NCBI GenBank assembly: GCA_902626365.1
Contig: CACOFE010000004.1
Location: forward strand, 14,267 to 78,266
Length of the DNA stretch: 64,000 nucleotides
Direction of reading: 5' to 3'
DNA from: an uncultured Bacteroidota bacterium
GTDB lineage: Bacteria > Bacteroidota > Bacteroidia > Flavobacteriales > Flavobacteriaceae
Part shown: one piece after another, positions 33,461-45,092 of the stretch
How positions within the stretch are numbered: position 1 is the first letter of the stretch
Layout: every line of letters begins with the position of its first letter
Position numbers and translations under genes: made by a program
Notes under the pieces: model-generated
The model's input: the letters and a program-made list of their open reading frames with translations, nothing else
The model's database searches: none
What the model was told of the DNA's origin: nothing

Positions 33461-34225
33461 TTGAAACTTGTGAAAGTAGCAAAATACATTTTCTGGACAT
33501 TCTACAATATATGGTTTTACTTGTTAGTATTTGTATTTACTATCATAATTATTTTACCCTCCTTTCTTATAATTCTATTAAACAGAAATTGGTATAAAAA
33601 GTTTTATGTAATGGGTGTATTATGGTCTGATCTTATTTTATTAGGAATGGGTATGTTCCCATCACGAAAAGGTAATATAAAAACAAAAAAAAATAGCCCA
33701 TATATATTTGTAGCCAATCATGTTTCTATGATAGATGTTATGCTATTGGTCTCTACTGTAAGAAAAAACCCACTGGTTTTTATTGGTAAAAAAGAGTTAG
33801 ACAAGATTCCAATTTTTGGGTCTATTTATAAAAGAACAATGATTTTGGTTGATAGATCAAGTAACGATAGCAAAAAGCAGGTCTTTGAACAAACCAAGAA
33901 AAAATTAAACGCAGGAATAAGTTTGGGAATTTTTCCTGAAGGCACAGTTCCTGGTTTAGAAGTTGAACTAGCACCTTTCAAACATGGTGCTTTCACAATG
34001 GCAATTGAACATCAAGTTCCAATTGTTCCTATGACATTTTTGGATAATAAAAAGCGTTTTCCTTGGAGTTTTGGAGGACTGATTGGAGGTTCAAAAGGTA
34101 CACCTGGAATATTAAGAGTAAAGATTCATGAGCCAATTGAGACCAAAGGCATGGTAAAAGAGGATAGGGTCAAGCTAAGCGAAGATGTCAGAAAATTAAT
34201 GCTTGATGATTTAAGAAATTCCTAA
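33461..34225 (+). CDS. plsC: 1-acyl-sn-glycerol-3-phosphate acyltransferase
   Basis: TTG start. HX4D block NHVSMIDV and the FPEGT block. Confidence 0.85.
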   Translation: MKLVKVAKYIFWTFYNIWFYLLVFVFTIIIILPSFLIILLNRNWYKKFYVMGVLWSDLILLGMGMFPSRKGNIKTKKNSPYIFVANHVSMIDVMLLVSTVRKNPLVFIGKKELDKIPIFGSIYKRTMILVDRSSNDSKKQVFEQTKKKLNAGISLGIFPEGTVPGLEVELAPFKHGAFTMAIEHQVPIVPMTFLDNKKRFPWSFGGLIGGSKGTPGILRVKIHEPIETKGMVKEDRVKLSEDVRKLMLDDLRNS

Positions 34226-35214
34226 ATAATTTCTTTAAGTTTTGATTCAAGTGTTTCCATCAAATCTGGATTATCCTTTAGCAAAGTTTTTACGGAATCT
34301 CTTCCTTGACCGAGCTTAGTCCCTTCATAGCTAAACCAAGAACCACTTTTATTTATTATTTCTGATTCTACAGCTAAGTCAATAATTTCACCAACTTTTG
34401 AAATCCCCTCACCATACATAATATCAAATTCAGCTAATTTAAAAGGTGGGGCAACTTTATTTTTTACAATTTTTACTCTGGTTTTATTACCCATCACTAC
34501 TCCGTCACTATTCTTAATTTGGGTTGATCTTCTAATGTCTAATCTGATAGAAGCATAAAACTTTAAAGCATTACCTCCAGTTGTTGTCTCTGGATTTCCA
34601 AACATTATACCTATTTTTTCTCTTAATTGATTTATAAACATTACCGTACAATTAGTTTTACTGATTGAGCTAGTAAGTTTTCTTAAAGCTTGTGACATAA
34701 GTCTTGCATGAAGACCCATTTTTGAATCTCCCATTTCACCTTCAATTTCGCTTTTAGGTGTAAGTGCTGCAACAGAGTCAATTATTACCATATCAATTGC
34801 TCCTGATCTAATTAAATTATCGGCAATTTCTAACGCCTGTTCTCCATGATCTGGCTGAGATATTATCAGATTTTCTATATCGACACCTAAATTCTCGGCA
34901 TAAAACCTATCAAATGCATGCTCAGCATCAATAAACGCTGCGATTCCTCCCTTTTTTTGACATTCTGCAATAGCATGTAAAGTCAATGTAGTTTTTCCAG
35001 AGGACTCAGGTCCATATATTTCCACAACTCTTCCTTTTGGATACCCGCCAACTCCTAAAGCAATGTCTAGTCCTAAGGATCCAGAGGAAATTGCCTCTAC
35101 ATTCTCATTAGGCGAATCCCCCATTTTCATAACCGTGCCCTTTCCATATGTTTTATCTAGCTTGTCTAGGGTTAATTTTAGTGCTTTTAATTTGTCTGCT
35201 TTATCGTTGGCCAT
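34222..35214 (-). CDS. recA: recombinase A
   Basis: Walker [10 protein letters not shown] plus [30 protein letters not shown]. Confidence 0.98.
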   Translation of the reverse strand: MANDKADKLKALKLTLDKLDKTYGKGTVMKMGDSPNENVEAISSGSLGLDIALGVGGYPKGRVVEIYGPESSGKTTLTLHAIAECQKKGGIAAFIDAEHAFDRFYAENLGVDIENLIISQPDHGEQALEIADNLIRSGAIDMVIIDSVAALTPKSEIEGEMGDSKMGLHARLMSQALRKLTSSISKTNCTVMFINQLREKIGIMFGNPETTTGGNALKFYASIRLDIRRSTQIKNSDGVVMGNKTRVKIVKNKVAPPFKLAEFDIMYGEGISKVGEIIDLAVESEIINKSGSWFSYEGTKLGQGRDSVKTLLKDNPDLMETLESKLKEII

Positions 35215-35295
35215 AATTAAGTTTTTATCATTACTAATTTAGGATATCTTTTTACACAATACAATATACTAGTATATGATTTTTATCTTTTTTTC

Positions 35296-35303
35296 TACTT
35301 TTG
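35296..35303 (+). promoter_or_regulatory. candidate -7 box (TACTTTTG) for trhO
   Basis: Exact TAnnTTTG, 23 nt before the ATG at 35327, in the recA/trhO divergent spacer. Confidence 0.35.
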
Positions 35304-35326
35304 TTAGTAATTAAAAATGGTATAGC

Positions 35327-36361
35327 ATGCAACTGTACAATAAATTAAGCTCTGACGAGATGTCTAGGGTTTTAGATTTATCAAATCAAAAACGAATTAC
35401 TCTTTCATTTTATAAGTATGCAAAGATTAATGATCCAAAAAGCTTTAGGGATGAATTATTTATTTTTTGGAACTCCATTGACGTTTTAGGCCGCATTTAT
35501 ATTGCAAAGGAAGGAATCAATGCTCAACTATCACTCCCTGAAGTGAACTTAAAAATATTCATTGAACATCTTAATTCAATTTCATTTTTAAAGAATGTTA
35601 GAATCAATGTTGCTTTAAAACATGAGACAAAGTCATTCTTGAAATTAAAAATTAAAGTAAGGGATAAAATTGTAGCCGATGGATTAAATGATGATTCATT
35701 TGATGTTACCAAAAAAGGAATTCATTTAAACGCTGAAGAGTTTAACAGCTTGATGAAAGAAAAAAATACAATCGTTCTAGATATGAGAAATCATTATGAA
35801 AGTGAGATTGGACATTTTAAAAATGCAATTTGCCCCGATGTTGATACTTTTAGAGATTCATTGGATTTAATAGAAGACAAGCTAAAGGATCACAAGGAAG
35901 ATAAAAATTTACTTATGTATTGCACTGGAGGAATTCGATGTGAAAAAGCTAGTGCTTACTTTAAATACAAGGGATTTAAGAATGTCTATCAATTAGAGGG
36001 CGGTATAATTGAATATGTACGTCAAGTGGAAAACAAACAATTAGAAAATAATTTTATTGGTAAGAATTTTGTTTTTGATAATAGACGTGTTGAAAAAGTT
36101 AGTGAAGAAATTATTGCACAGTGTCATCAATGTGGAGAACCATTTGACATTCACACAAATTGCGCTAATGATGCATGTCATTTATTATTTATTCAGTGTG
36201 ATGACTGTAAAATAAAAATGAAAAATTGTTGTTCTTATGATTGTCTTGAAATTAGCCAAATGCCATATAAAGTTCAAAAAAAACTGAGGAAGGGCCAGAA
36301 AAATAGTAATGATATCTTTAAAAAAGGTAGAACTGATAAAATAACAACTTTTAAAAAGTAA
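35327..36361 (+). CDS. trhO: rhodanese-domain tRNA uridine(34) hydroxylase (YceA/UPF0176)
   Basis: GRIYIAKEGINAQLS N-domain, rhodanese active-site loop YCTGGIRCEKAS, and a C-terminal Cys-rich tail. Confidence 0.85.
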   Translation: MQLYNKLSSDEMSRVLDLSNQKRITLSFYKYAKINDPKSFRDELFIFWNSIDVLGRIYIAKEGINAQLSLPEVNLKIFIEHLNSISFLKNVRINVALKHETKSFLKLKIKVRDKIVADGLNDDSFDVTKKGIHLNAEEFNSLMKEKNTIVLDMRNHYESEIGHFKNAICPDVDTFRDSLDLIEDKLKDHKEDKNLLMYCTGGIRCEKASAYFKYKGFKNVYQLEGGIIEYVRQVENKQLENNFIGKNFVFDNRRVEKVSEEIIAQCHQCGEPFDIHTNCANDACHLLFIQCDDCKIKMKNCCSYDCLEISQMPYKVQKKLRKGQKNSNDIFKKGRTDKITTFKK

Positions 36362-37452
36362 TGGGTTGTAAAAGCTGTAATAATAGTATCAATGGCCTCC
36401 CAAGAGGATGTAACAACAATGGTAATTGTGCAAGTGGTACTTGTGGAACTTTTATCGTTTTTGATTGGCTAGCTGACATTTCCTCATCTATTAGTGATAA
36501 ATTTAAAATTGTAGAAGTTAGATTTAAAAATGGCAGAAAAGGATATTTTCGAAATAATGATTTGATTGTTTCAAAAGGTAATCCAATTATAACTGAGTCT
36601 ACAAAAGGGTATGATATAGGTGAAATTACACTAACTGGAGAACTTGTCAAGAATCAACTAAAAAAGAAAGGTATAAAAATTGACGATGAACTTTTTTCCT
36701 TACTTCGCTATCCAAACGAGAACGAAATTAATCAATGGCAAGACTTAATAAAAAAAGAGCCGGAAGTACAAATAAAAGCTAGAAAAATTGCTATTGAATT
36801 AGGGTTAAAAATGAAAATTTCTGACGTTGAATTTCAGGCTGATGGATCAAAAGTAACATTTTATTACACTGCTGAAGGAAGAGTTGATTTTAGAGAACTG
36901 ATTAAAAAATATGCTTTAGAATTTAAAACTAGAATTGAAATGAAGCAAGTCGGATTACGAGAGGAAGCATCCAGACTTGGTGGAATTGGGTCGTGTGGAA
37001 GGGAGCTCTGTTGTTCGACCTGGTTAAATGATCTCAGAAAAGTTAATACATCATCAGCCAGATATCAAAAACTTTCAATTAATCCACAAAAATTAGCAGG
37101 CCAATGCGGAAAATTAAAATGCTGTCTAAATTATGAGCTTGATACTTATTTAGATGCTTTAAAAGACTTTCCAAAAAAAGATTTTAAAATAAAAACAGCA
37201 AAAGGAATAGCTGTTCTTCAAAAAACAGATATTTTCAAAAAACGTGTATGGTACGCGTATAAAGGTAAGTTTATGGAATGGTTTGAGTTTGATTTAAATG
37301 GTTTAAATAAAATGATTAACATTAATAATTCTGATAAGGAGGTCTCTGCTTTGGAAGATTATTCTTTAATTTCTGTAGAAGGAATTAGTAAAAAAACAGA
37401 AGATAGTATAACTAGATTTGACAGAAAAAAACAGAAAATAAATGCGATATAA
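36361..37452 (+). CDS. PSP1 domain protein (RicT/YaaT-like)
   Basis: N-terminal Cys-rich segment. The PSP1 core includes LCCSTWL and GQCGKLKCCLNYE. Confidence 0.75.
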   Translation: MGCKSCNNSINGLPRGCNNNGNCASGTCGTFIVFDWLADISSSISDKFKIVEVRFKNGRKGYFRNNDLIVSKGNPIITESTKGYDIGEITLTGELVKNQLKKKGIKIDDELFSLLRYPNENEINQWQDLIKKEPEVQIKARKIAIELGLKMKISDVEFQADGSKVTFYYTAEGRVDFRELIKKYALEFKTRIEMKQVGLREEASRLGGIGSCGRELCCSTWLNDLRKVNTSSARYQKLSINPQKLAGQCGKLKCCLNYELDTYLDALKDFPKKDFKIKTAKGIAVLQKTDIFKKRVWYAYKGKFMEWFEFDLNGLNKMININNSDKEVSALEDYSLISVEGISKKTEDSITRFDRKKQKINAI

Positions 37453-37921
37453 AATAACTTTAGGGTTTTTATTTTTATTCTTTTCGTGTAATACAAACAT
37501 TGATTACATTAAATATAATTCTGTTGATGGAATTTGGCATAAGGATTCTATTCAATATTTTAGTTTTGAACTTGATTCTAGAGAAAATCTCACATATAAA
37601 TCATTTATTAATCTAAGAATTGATGAAAAATATCCCTTTAACAATATATTTTTAATTGTATCATTAGAGGACTCATCAAATATTTTGTCAATTGACACTT
37701 TAGAATATAAATTAGCAGATAAGTATGGAAATTTTACTGGAAATAAGAGAATTAATATTGTTGAGAATTCCTTATTACACAAAGAAAATATTAGCTTAGT
37801 TAATAAGAAAAAATATTTGGTTTCAATTCAACATGCAATGAGAATTATTAATAAAGTTGGAGGAATTGAAAATTTAAATGGAGTTATTGATATTGGTTAT
37901 AAAGTAGAAAAAATAAAATAG
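37442..37921 (+). CDS. gldH: gliding motility lipoprotein GldH
   Basis: Lipobox FLFFSC|N, about 160 aa. NLRIDEKYPFNNIFLIV matches the conserved GldH core as I remember it. Position before PBP1A. Confidence 0.7.
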   Translation: MRYKITLGFLFLFFSCNTNIDYIKYNSVDGIWHKDSIQYFSFELDSRENLTYKSFINLRIDEKYPFNNIFLIVSLEDSSNILSIDTLEYKLADKYGNFTGNKRINIVENSLLHKENISLVNKKKYLVSIQHAMRIINKVGGIENLNGVIDIGYKVEKIK

Positions 37922-37923
37922 CA

Positions 37924-40239
37924 TTGGAGAAAAAATATAAATGGTATTCGTTTTTGATGTGGTTATTTTTTTTAACCCCAATCATGCTTATTGCTTTCAT
38001 CTTTTATTATGCATCAATAGGTGGATTCGGAGATATGCCAGACCTTGAAGTTTTGGAAAACCCAAAAACTAATTTAGCCAGTGAAGTCATTAGCTCAGAT
38101 GGAAAAACTCTTGGTAAATATTATTTTAATGATAACAGAACTCCTGTTACCTTTGAAGAACTTCCAAATCATCTTGTAGATGCTCTTATAGCTACAGAAG
38201 ATATTAGGTTTTATTCTCATTCAGGAATAGATTTTAAAAGAACTGTTGCAGCCGCATTAAAGCTGGGAAAGGATGGCGGAGGAAGTACTATTACTCAGCA
38301 ATTAGCAAAGTTGCTATTTACAGGCGAGGGCTCAAGAGATATAATCGAGAGATTAACTCAGAAGTTTAAAGAATATATAATTGCCGTAAGATTAGAAAGA
38401 CACTATACAAAAGATGAAATAATCACTCAATATTTGAATTTATATGATTTTGGTAATAATGGTGATGGCATAAGAAGTGCTTCAAGAATTTATTTTGGCA
38501 AGGAGCCTATTGATTTGGATATAAACGAATCAGCAATTTTAGTTGGGATGTTAAAAAATTCTTCTTTGTATAATCCTAGACCTCATAGAAATCCAGTGGG
38601 AGTTAAAAATAGGAGAAATGTTGTTTTGGGTCAAATGAAAAAATACAATTATTTAGATGAAGTTTTGGTTGATTCTTTAAAACAGCAACCCCTTAATTTA
38701 AATTATACGCCTGAATCTCATAGAGAAGGTCTAGCAACTTATTTTAGAGAGTTTTTGAGAGCTCACATGAAAACATGGATAAACAATGTAAATAATAGAA
38801 AACCTGATGGATCAAAGTACAACTTAAATACAGATGGCTTAAAGATTTACACAACCATAAATTATACTATGCAGGAAATGGCAGAAAATGCTGTTATATC
38901 TCATATGCCAAGGCTTCAGAAAGAATTTTTTGAACAAAATGAAACATTAGATGATTCTATTGCTCCATTTCGTGAGTTAACCAGTGGTGCTGTAGATACT
39001 TTATTGAGAATTTCTATGAGAAGATCAGAGAGATGGAGGAAAATGAAATATGATTTGAAAAAAAATGATGAGGAAATTGAGGAATCATTTTATATTCCAA
39101 AAGAAATGACTGTTTTTTCATGGGCAGGAGAGATAGATACAATAATGACCCCCTTAGATTCAATGAAATATTACAAGTCTTTTTTCAGGCCAGGTATGAT
39201 GTCCATGGACCCTACTAACGGTTACATCAAGGCTTGGGTTGGAGGAATGAACTACAGGCATTTTCAGTATGATATGGTAAAAAAAGGTAAACGTCAAATT
39301 GGATCAACTTTCAAGCCTTTTGTTTATGCTGCAGCTATAGATCAACTAAAACTATCTCCTTGTGACACATTTCCTGATAGCCAATTTTGTATAGAAAAAA
39401 ATAAATTTGGAAACGTTGAGCAATGGTGCCCTAAAAACTCTGGTGATAAATATGGAAGAACGAGAACTTTAAAAAATGCTTTAGCGAATTCAGTAAATAC
39501 TGTCACTGCTAGATTGATGGACAGAATTGGACCACGCACTGTTGTTAAATTAGCTAAAGATTTAGGAATAGAACAAAGAATTCTTCCAGTTCCTTCTATT
39601 GCGCTTGGTACGCCTGATCTAAGTGTTTATGAAATGGTTGCAGCATATTCCACTTTTGCAAATAAAGGTGTGTATACACAGCCAGTTTTTATAGAAAGGA
39701 TAGATGATAAAAACGGCACTACCTTGTATAAAAATCAACCTTTAACTAGAGATGTTTTAAGTGAAGAAGCTGCTTATGTTACTGTTAATTTGCTGGAGGG
39801 TGTTACAAAGGCAGGCTCAGGAACACGGTTGAGAACAACTGGCGCTGATGAATTCAATAGAGCTTATCAAAATGTAGTGACAGGCTATCCATATGAGTTT
39901 ACTAATCCCATTGCCGGTAAGACTGGAACAACACAAAATCAAAGTGACGGTTGGTTTATCGGGATGGTTCCAAATTTAGTTACAGGTGTATGGGTAGGAG
40001 CTGAAGATAGAGCAATTCATTTTGAAGATATAGCTTATGGTCAGGGTGCTTCAATGGCATTACCAATTTGGGGAGTTTATATGAAAAGTGTATATCAGGA
40101 TTCAACCCTACTAATCTCTCAAGAATCTTTTGAACGACCAAAAAAATTAACTATAGAATTAGATTGTAATAAGTTTGTAATTGATAGTACCAGTTCGGGA
40201 AGGACTACTGATCAAGAGATTTTAGATATTGATTTTTAA
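37924..40239 (+). CDS. mrcA: penicillin-binding protein 1A (bifunctional glycosyltransferase/transpeptidase)
   Basis: TTG start. GT51 motifs ATEDIRFYSHSGID and GGSTITQQLAK. Transpeptidase motifs STFKP (SxxK), SVN and KTGTT. Confidence 0.95.
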   Translation: MEKKYKWYSFLMWLFFLTPIMLIAFIFYYASIGGFGDMPDLEVLENPKTNLASEVISSDGKTLGKYYFNDNRTPVTFEELPNHLVDALIATEDIRFYSHSGIDFKRTVAAALKLGKDGGGSTITQQLAKLLFTGEGSRDIIERLTQKFKEYIIAVRLERHYTKDEIITQYLNLYDFGNNGDGIRSASRIYFGKEPIDLDINESAILVGMLKNSSLYNPRPHRNPVGVKNRRNVVLGQMKKYNYLDEVLVDSLKQQPLNLNYTPESHREGLATYFREFLRAHMKTWINNVNNRKPDGSKYNLNTDGLKIYTTINYTMQEMAENAVISHMPRLQKEFFEQNETLDDSIAPFRELTSGAVDTLLRISMRRSERWRKMKYDLKKNDEEIEESFYIPKEMTVFSWAGEIDTIMTPLDSMKYYKSFFRPGMMSMDPTNGYIKAWVGGMNYRHFQYDMVKKGKRQIGSTFKPFVYAAAIDQLKLSPCDTFPDSQFCIEKNKFGNVEQWCPKNSGDKYGRTRTLKNALANSVNTVTARLMDRIGPRTVVKLAKDLGIEQRILPVPSIALGTPDLSVYEMVAAYSTFANKGVYTQPVFIERIDDKNGTTLYKNQPLTRDVLSEEAAYVTVNLLEGVTKAGSGTRLRTTGADEFNRAYQNVVTGYPYEFTNPIAGKTGTTQNQSDGWFIGMVPNLVTGVWVGAEDRAIHFEDIAYGQGASMALPIWGVYMKSVYQDSTLLISQESFERPKKLTIELDCNKFVIDSTSSGRTTDQEILDIDF

Positions 40240-42127
40240 TAACTAAAAAATCTTCAATACATTCAGGATTTTTCATAGCACCTTTTGAAACCACATTTTC
40301 AATTTTTTCTCCAGACAAAATCTTTTTTATAGGAATTTCCATTTTTTTACCACTAATAGTATATGGTACCTGAGAAATTGAAAAAATTAAGTTTGGAGCA
40401 TGTCTTGGAGAGCATTTACTTTTTATTGCTTTTATAATATCACCTCTAAAACCTTTATTTAATTCGTGTTCTGATTCCACAAATAATATTAGTTTACTAG
40501 AATCACCAATATTTAAATCAATAATCAAGGAATCTTTAATTTCTTTAATGTTATCTAAGACGGAATAAATTTCAGACGTACCAATTCTAATCCCATTTCT
40601 GTTCAGAGTTGCATCCGACCTTCCTTGCATTAAAATTCCTCTCAATTCATCTATAAATATCCAATCTCCATGAGTCCAAACTTCCTGATTTTCGTTAAAA
40701 TAAGAATTATTATATTTCTCATAATTTTCATCACCCCAAAAGAATATTGGCATAGATGGTAATGGCTCAGTGATTACTAATTCACCGGTTTTTCCTTTAA
40801 TACTATTGCCATTTTCATCCCAAGCCTGTATTGAAGCACCTAGCATATTACATTGTAAAAACCCAGCATATACAGGTAATTTAGGACATCCACCTATAAA
40901 TGCAGAGCAGACATCTGTTCCACCACTTAATGAAATTATTTGGGCGCTTGGCAGCTTTTTTTGTAACCACTTAAATGCCTCAGTGGACAAAGGCGACCCT
41001 GTTGCTCCAATAGTTTTAATAAATTTTAAATTCTCATTATTAACATCTTTAGAGTCTTGCTTCATACTTGCTATAAATAAAGGTGACCCATTTCCAAAAT
41101 GATTAATTTTAGCCTCCTTTGCAAACCTCCATTGAACTCCAATATCAGGAAAATTTGCAGAGCCATCGTACAGACAAAGAGTTGCACCACATAGTAATGA
41201 ACCCAAAGCATAATTCCACATCATCCATCCTGTTGTGGTATTCCAAAAAAATCTATCGCCACTTATTATGTTTTGGTGTAATGAATGAGATTTATATTGC
41301 TCAAACAATATACCCCCAGTACCATGAGTGATTGCTTTGGGTTTTCCAGTTGTTCCCGAAGAAAAAAGAACCCATATAGGATGGTCGAATTTAACAGATT
41401 CTAATTCAAAGTCAATCCAGTAATTTGATTTAAGATTCCAAGAATCAAATGTTGAGTCAAACACAATTGTTTTTTTAATTGAAGGAAGCTTTCTTTGAAG
41501 CTCTTTAATTTTCTTCTCTTGACTATAATCTTTTCCATTATAAGAATATTTTCTATGTGCTAAAAGAACAGCAGGGTTTAATTGTTCAAATCTGTTTACT
41601 ATACTATCTGTTCCAAAATCCGGTGAACAACATGACCATACAGCACCAAGAGAATTTACAGCAATAAAAGAAGCTATCGTATCAGGATGATTTAATAAAT
41701 AACCCACAACAACATCACCTTTTTTTATATTATATTCTATTAGGTGGGTCCTTATTTCTTTTACCTTTTCTAGTAGGCTATTCCACGAAATTTCAACTAA
41801 ATCTTTTGATTCATTTTTATATACAATTGCAATATGATTATTTTTTGCATGACGTAAAATATGATTTGCATAGCTTAATTCTGCCCCTTCAAACCATTTC
41901 GATTTATAAAAAGGGATTTGTTTGTTTAGTATGAAGCTATATGGTTCATCAAATTGGATTTTATAAAATTCACTTATTGATTCCCAAAAATTCTCCAAAT
42001 TTTTTATTGACCACTCATGTAGTTCGGCATAATTTGAAAAAGATAGATCATATTTTTTTTCTAGATATGTTTCAAATTGAAATAAATTTGAAGACTCATA
42101 ATTATTTGGAATCCAAATTTTTTCCAT
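40205..42127 (-). CDS. acetoacetate--CoA ligase (acetoacetyl-CoA synthetase family)
   Basis: AMP-binding motif FSSGTTGKPK. 640 aa with an N-terminal extension typical of AACS rather than Acs. Confidence 0.8.
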   Translation of the reverse strand: MEKIWIPNNYESSNLFQFETYLEKKYDLSFSNYAELHEWSIKNLENFWESISEFYKIQFDEPYSFILNKQIPFYKSKWFEGAELSYANHILRHAKNNHIAIVYKNESKDLVEISWNSLLEKVKEIRTHLIEYNIKKGDVVVGYLLNHPDTIASFIAVNSLGAVWSCCSPDFGTDSIVNRFEQLNPAVLLAHRKYSYNGKDYSQEKKIKELQRKLPSIKKTIVFDSTFDSWNLKSNYWIDFELESVKFDHPIWVLFSSGTTGKPKAITHGTGGILFEQYKSHSLHQNIISGDRFFWNTTTGWMMWNYALGSLLCGATLCLYDGSANFPDIGVQWRFAKEAKINHFGNGSPLFIASMKQDSKDVNNENLKFIKTIGATGSPLSTEAFKWLQKKLPSAQIISLSGGTDVCSAFIGGCPKLPVYAGFLQCNMLGASIQAWDENGNSIKGKTGELVITEPLPSMPIFFWGDENYEKYNNSYFNENQEVWTHGDWIFIDELRGILMQGRSDATLNRNGIRIGTSEIYSVLDNIKEIKDSLIIDLNIGDSSKLILFVESEHELNKGFRGDIIKAIKSKCSPRHAPNLIFSISQVPYTISGKKMEIPIKKILSGEKIENVVSKGAMKNPECIEDFLVIKNQYLKSLDQ

Positions 42128-42129
42128 GG

Positions 42130-43809
42130 CTAAGATGACGCTTTAATTAGTCTTTTGGTATAATTATCTTTTGGTTTCTCAAAAAGCAAATCAGCATCTT
42201 GATAATCAACTATTTCACCATTATAAAGTACTATGATCTTATCAGACATGTACTTAACTACCGAAAGATCATGAGAAATAAATATATATGTAAAGTTATA
42301 TTTCTTCTTCAGTAAATTTAATAAGTTTAACACTGTTGCTTGAATTGAAACATCAAGAGCGGAGACAGACTCATCACAAATAAGCACTTGTGGATTAACG
42401 CTAATAGCCCTAGCTATACAAACTCTTTGTCTTTGACCGCCTGAAAGTTCATGAGGAAATCGACGCAAAAAAGTTTCATTAAGCCCTACATCATTTATCA
42501 ACTCTTTGCACTTTTCATAGACTCCATCATTTGAACATATTCTATGAAATTTTATTGGCTCTGAAATTATTTGAAATATATTTTGAATTGGGTTGAGAGA
42601 CGCATAAGGATCCTGAAAAATAATTTGAACATCTTTTTTAAATTCTAGTAATTCTTTTTCTTTAATTTTTGAAATATCCTTTCCTTTAAACAGAATTTCA
42701 CCCTCCTCAAATTCATGAATTTTAAGTATAGCATTCGATAAAGTTGTTTTACCTGATCCTGACTCTCCAATTAAACCTAAAGTTTCACCTTTAAATAATT
42801 TTAAACTGATTTTTGAAAGTGCTTTAAAACCTTTATTATTTCCAAATAAATTTTTTGAAGTATTATAGAATTTTGATACGTTTCTAATTTCTAAAATTGG
42901 TTTACCAGAATAAATATTTTTTAATCTGTTTTTTCTCTCACTTTTTGTTTCTGCTTCTTCATTGAGGTTCTTATCAAAACTCTCCACAGTTGGTAATCTT
43001 TTTAATCTTTTTTTATCATTAATAATCAATGATAAAAGAGCTTTTGTATAGTTTTCTTTTGGTGAATTGAAGATACTTTTATTGGAGCCTTGTTCAACTA
43101 TTTTACCATTTCTCATAATTAAAATTTTATCAGAAATATTCGAGACAAGTCTTAGATCATGAGAAATAAACAATATTGATAAGTTTTCACTTTTTTGTAG
43201 GTTTTTTAAAATCTCAATTATCTCTTTTTGAATTGTAACATCTAACGCGGTGGTTGGTTCATCAGCTATGAGCAGTTTTGGGTTGCATGACAATGCCATA
43301 ACAATCATAACTCTTTGTTTTTGGCCTCCTGAAATTTGATGAGGATATTTTTCCAGTAAATTTTCTACATTATCTAGTTTAACTTTTTTTATTAGTTTTT
43401 TGATTCTTTCAGTAGTATGTTCAAATGACAAATTTTTATGAGCTTTAAAAACCTCAAAAAGTTGTTTGCCAATTTTCATTGTTGGATTTAGAGCACTCAT
43501 TGGTTCTTGAAAAATCATTGAAATTTCAGAACCTCTAATTTCCATCATTGCGTTATTATCAAGATTTAAAAGGTTTTTATTGTCAAAGATAATTTCACCA
43601 GATATATTAAACTTCTTCTTTTCAAGAAGCCCAAGAATACTTAAAGAGGTTAGTGATTTTCCACTCCCAGATTCTCCGATAAGCCCAATGATTTCATTTT
43701 TTTTTATTTTAAATGAAATCCCATCGATTAAATTTTGTTGGTTTGTTTTTTCTGTAGTCCTAACACAGAGATTATTTACATTTAGCAGTATTTCTTTATT
43801 TAATTTCAA
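42130..43809 (-). CDS. ABC transporter ATP-binding protein with duplicated ATPase domains
   Basis: Two Walker A sites (GESGSGKS x2) and two signatures (LSGGQKQR, LSGGQRQR). Confidence 0.9.
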   Translation of the reverse strand: MKLNKEILLNVNNLCVRTTEKTNQQNLIDGISFKIKKNEIIGLIGESGSGKSLTSLSILGLLEKKKFNISGEIIFDNKNLLNLDNNAMMEIRGSEISMIFQEPMSALNPTMKIGKQLFEVFKAHKNLSFEHTTERIKKLIKKVKLDNVENLLEKYPHQISGGQKQRVMIVMALSCNPKLLIADEPTTALDVTIQKEIIEILKNLQKSENLSILFISHDLRLVSNISDKILIMRNGKIVEQGSNKSIFNSPKENYTKALLSLIINDKKRLKRLPTVESFDKNLNEEAETKSERKNRLKNIYSGKPILEIRNVSKFYNTSKNLFGNNKGFKALSKISLKLFKGETLGLIGESGSGKTTLSNAILKIHEFEEGEILFKGKDISKIKEKELLEFKKDVQIIFQDPYASLNPIQNIFQIISEPIKFHRICSNDGVYEKCKELINDVGLNETFLRRFPHELSGGQRQRVCIARAISVNPQVLICDESVSALDVSIQATVLNLLNLLKKKYNFTYIFISHDLSVVKYMSDKIIVLYNGEIVDYQDADLLFEKPKDNYTKRLIKASS

Positions 43810-43812
43810 CTA

Positions 43813-44961
43813 TTATTCAATTGCTGTTGCTATTTTGTATCCTTCGGATATATATTGGTACAAATCTCCAGACCGCTCGCGTACTCTTCCTTTATTATTA
43901 AAATCACCTTGTCTAACAATAATTATATTCTCATCAGGAAAAGAGATAACAAATTGTCCTCGATGACCATTCATTGTAAAAACTTTTTTTCCTTCATATT
44001 CATATAGCCACCAACCATAACCATAGAAAGGACTATCATCAAAGACAGGGTTTAACGAAAGTTCAACAAAAGAGGAGTCGAGAATTTCCGTATCACCCCA
44101 TTTTCCCTTATCAATATAAAGTTTACCGAACCTGGCAAAATCTCTTGCTGTAGCAGCAATGCAGCAATATGCTTTCTCCATTCCAGATTCTTCACTGTCA
44201 ATTTGCCAAAGCGCTAAATTTTCTGCACCCATTGGACCCCAGAATTTTTGACTCAAATAATTAGAAAGACTTGTCCCGGTAGCTTTTTCAATTATCATTG
44301 CCAATAGCTGGGTATCACCACTAGAATACCTAAATCCTTTACCGGGCTTGTTTTCAATCTCTTGTCCTAAAATAACTGATCTTAAATCATCTGTAAAATA
44401 ACTCTCGGATGTAATATTAATTACACTATAATACTTTTCATTCCATTTCATTCCAGACGACATTGACGCTAAATCACCAACGGTTAATTCACTAGCTAAT
44501 CCATTTTTATATTCCTCAAAGAAATCACTGACTGGCTGATCTAGACTTTTTATTTTACCCTCCATAATAGCCTTACCCATCATACTAGTTACAATACTTT
44601 TTGCAACAGAAAATGAGTTTGAAATATCAGTTTGTTTATGACCATCATAATATTTTTCAAAAAGAATACTATCATTTTTAATTACCAAGAAAGATTTTGT
44701 ATCTCTTTCATCATTCAATTCTTTAAGTTTGTCGGATTCATCAATAGTATTATATTGTTTGTGAAGAGCCCATGGTTGAGGATTAGCGCTTTTGATTTCC
44801 CTGTTATCAAAATATTCATAATCTGAAATAAAAGCAGTATTATTTCCGGTCAAATAAATTGTTCGAACACCCTTAAATATATAATCAATATTAAATATGT
44901 ATATCAATAAGACGAGAGCTCCTATAACAATTAGCGTCAATTTCAAAAACTTTTTCATCAT
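43813..44961 (-). CDS. serine hydrolase (beta-lactamase/PBP4* family)
   Basis: N-terminal anchor and the SxxK motif FSVAKS. About 380 aa. Confidence 0.8.
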   Translation of the reverse strand: MMKKFLKLTLIVIGALVLLIYIFNIDYIFKGVRTIYLTGNNTAFISDYEYFDNREIKSANPQPWALHKQYNTIDESDKLKELNDERDTKSFLVIKNDSILFEKYYDGHKQTDISNSFSVAKSIVTSMMGKAIMEGKIKSLDQPVSDFFEEYKNGLASELTVGDLASMSSGMKWNEKYYSVINITSESYFTDDLRSVILGQEIENKPGKGFRYSSGDTQLLAMIIEKATGTSLSNYLSQKFWGPMGAENLALWQIDSEESGMEKAYCCIAATARDFARFGKLYIDKGKWGDTEILDSSFVELSLNPVFDDSPFYGYGWWLYEYEGKKVFTMNGHRGQFVISFPDENIIIVRQGDFNNKGRVRERSGDLYQYISEGYKIATAIE

Positions 44962-45092
44962 CTGTTATTTTTGCCAAAGATATGAATTTAATCGTCCAAA
45001 TAATTTTATTTAGATGTTATGAAAATTTCTAGGTTTTTAAATTATTACTAAATTTAATTTAAACTAACAGCGAATCCATTCAAATTATATAA

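Noticed and set aside
44966-44973. TATTTTTG box as the promoter of the histidine kinase
   Set aside because: It lies about 120 nt upstream of the ATG and immediately next to the divergent gene start. The assignment is too ambiguous to list as a feature.
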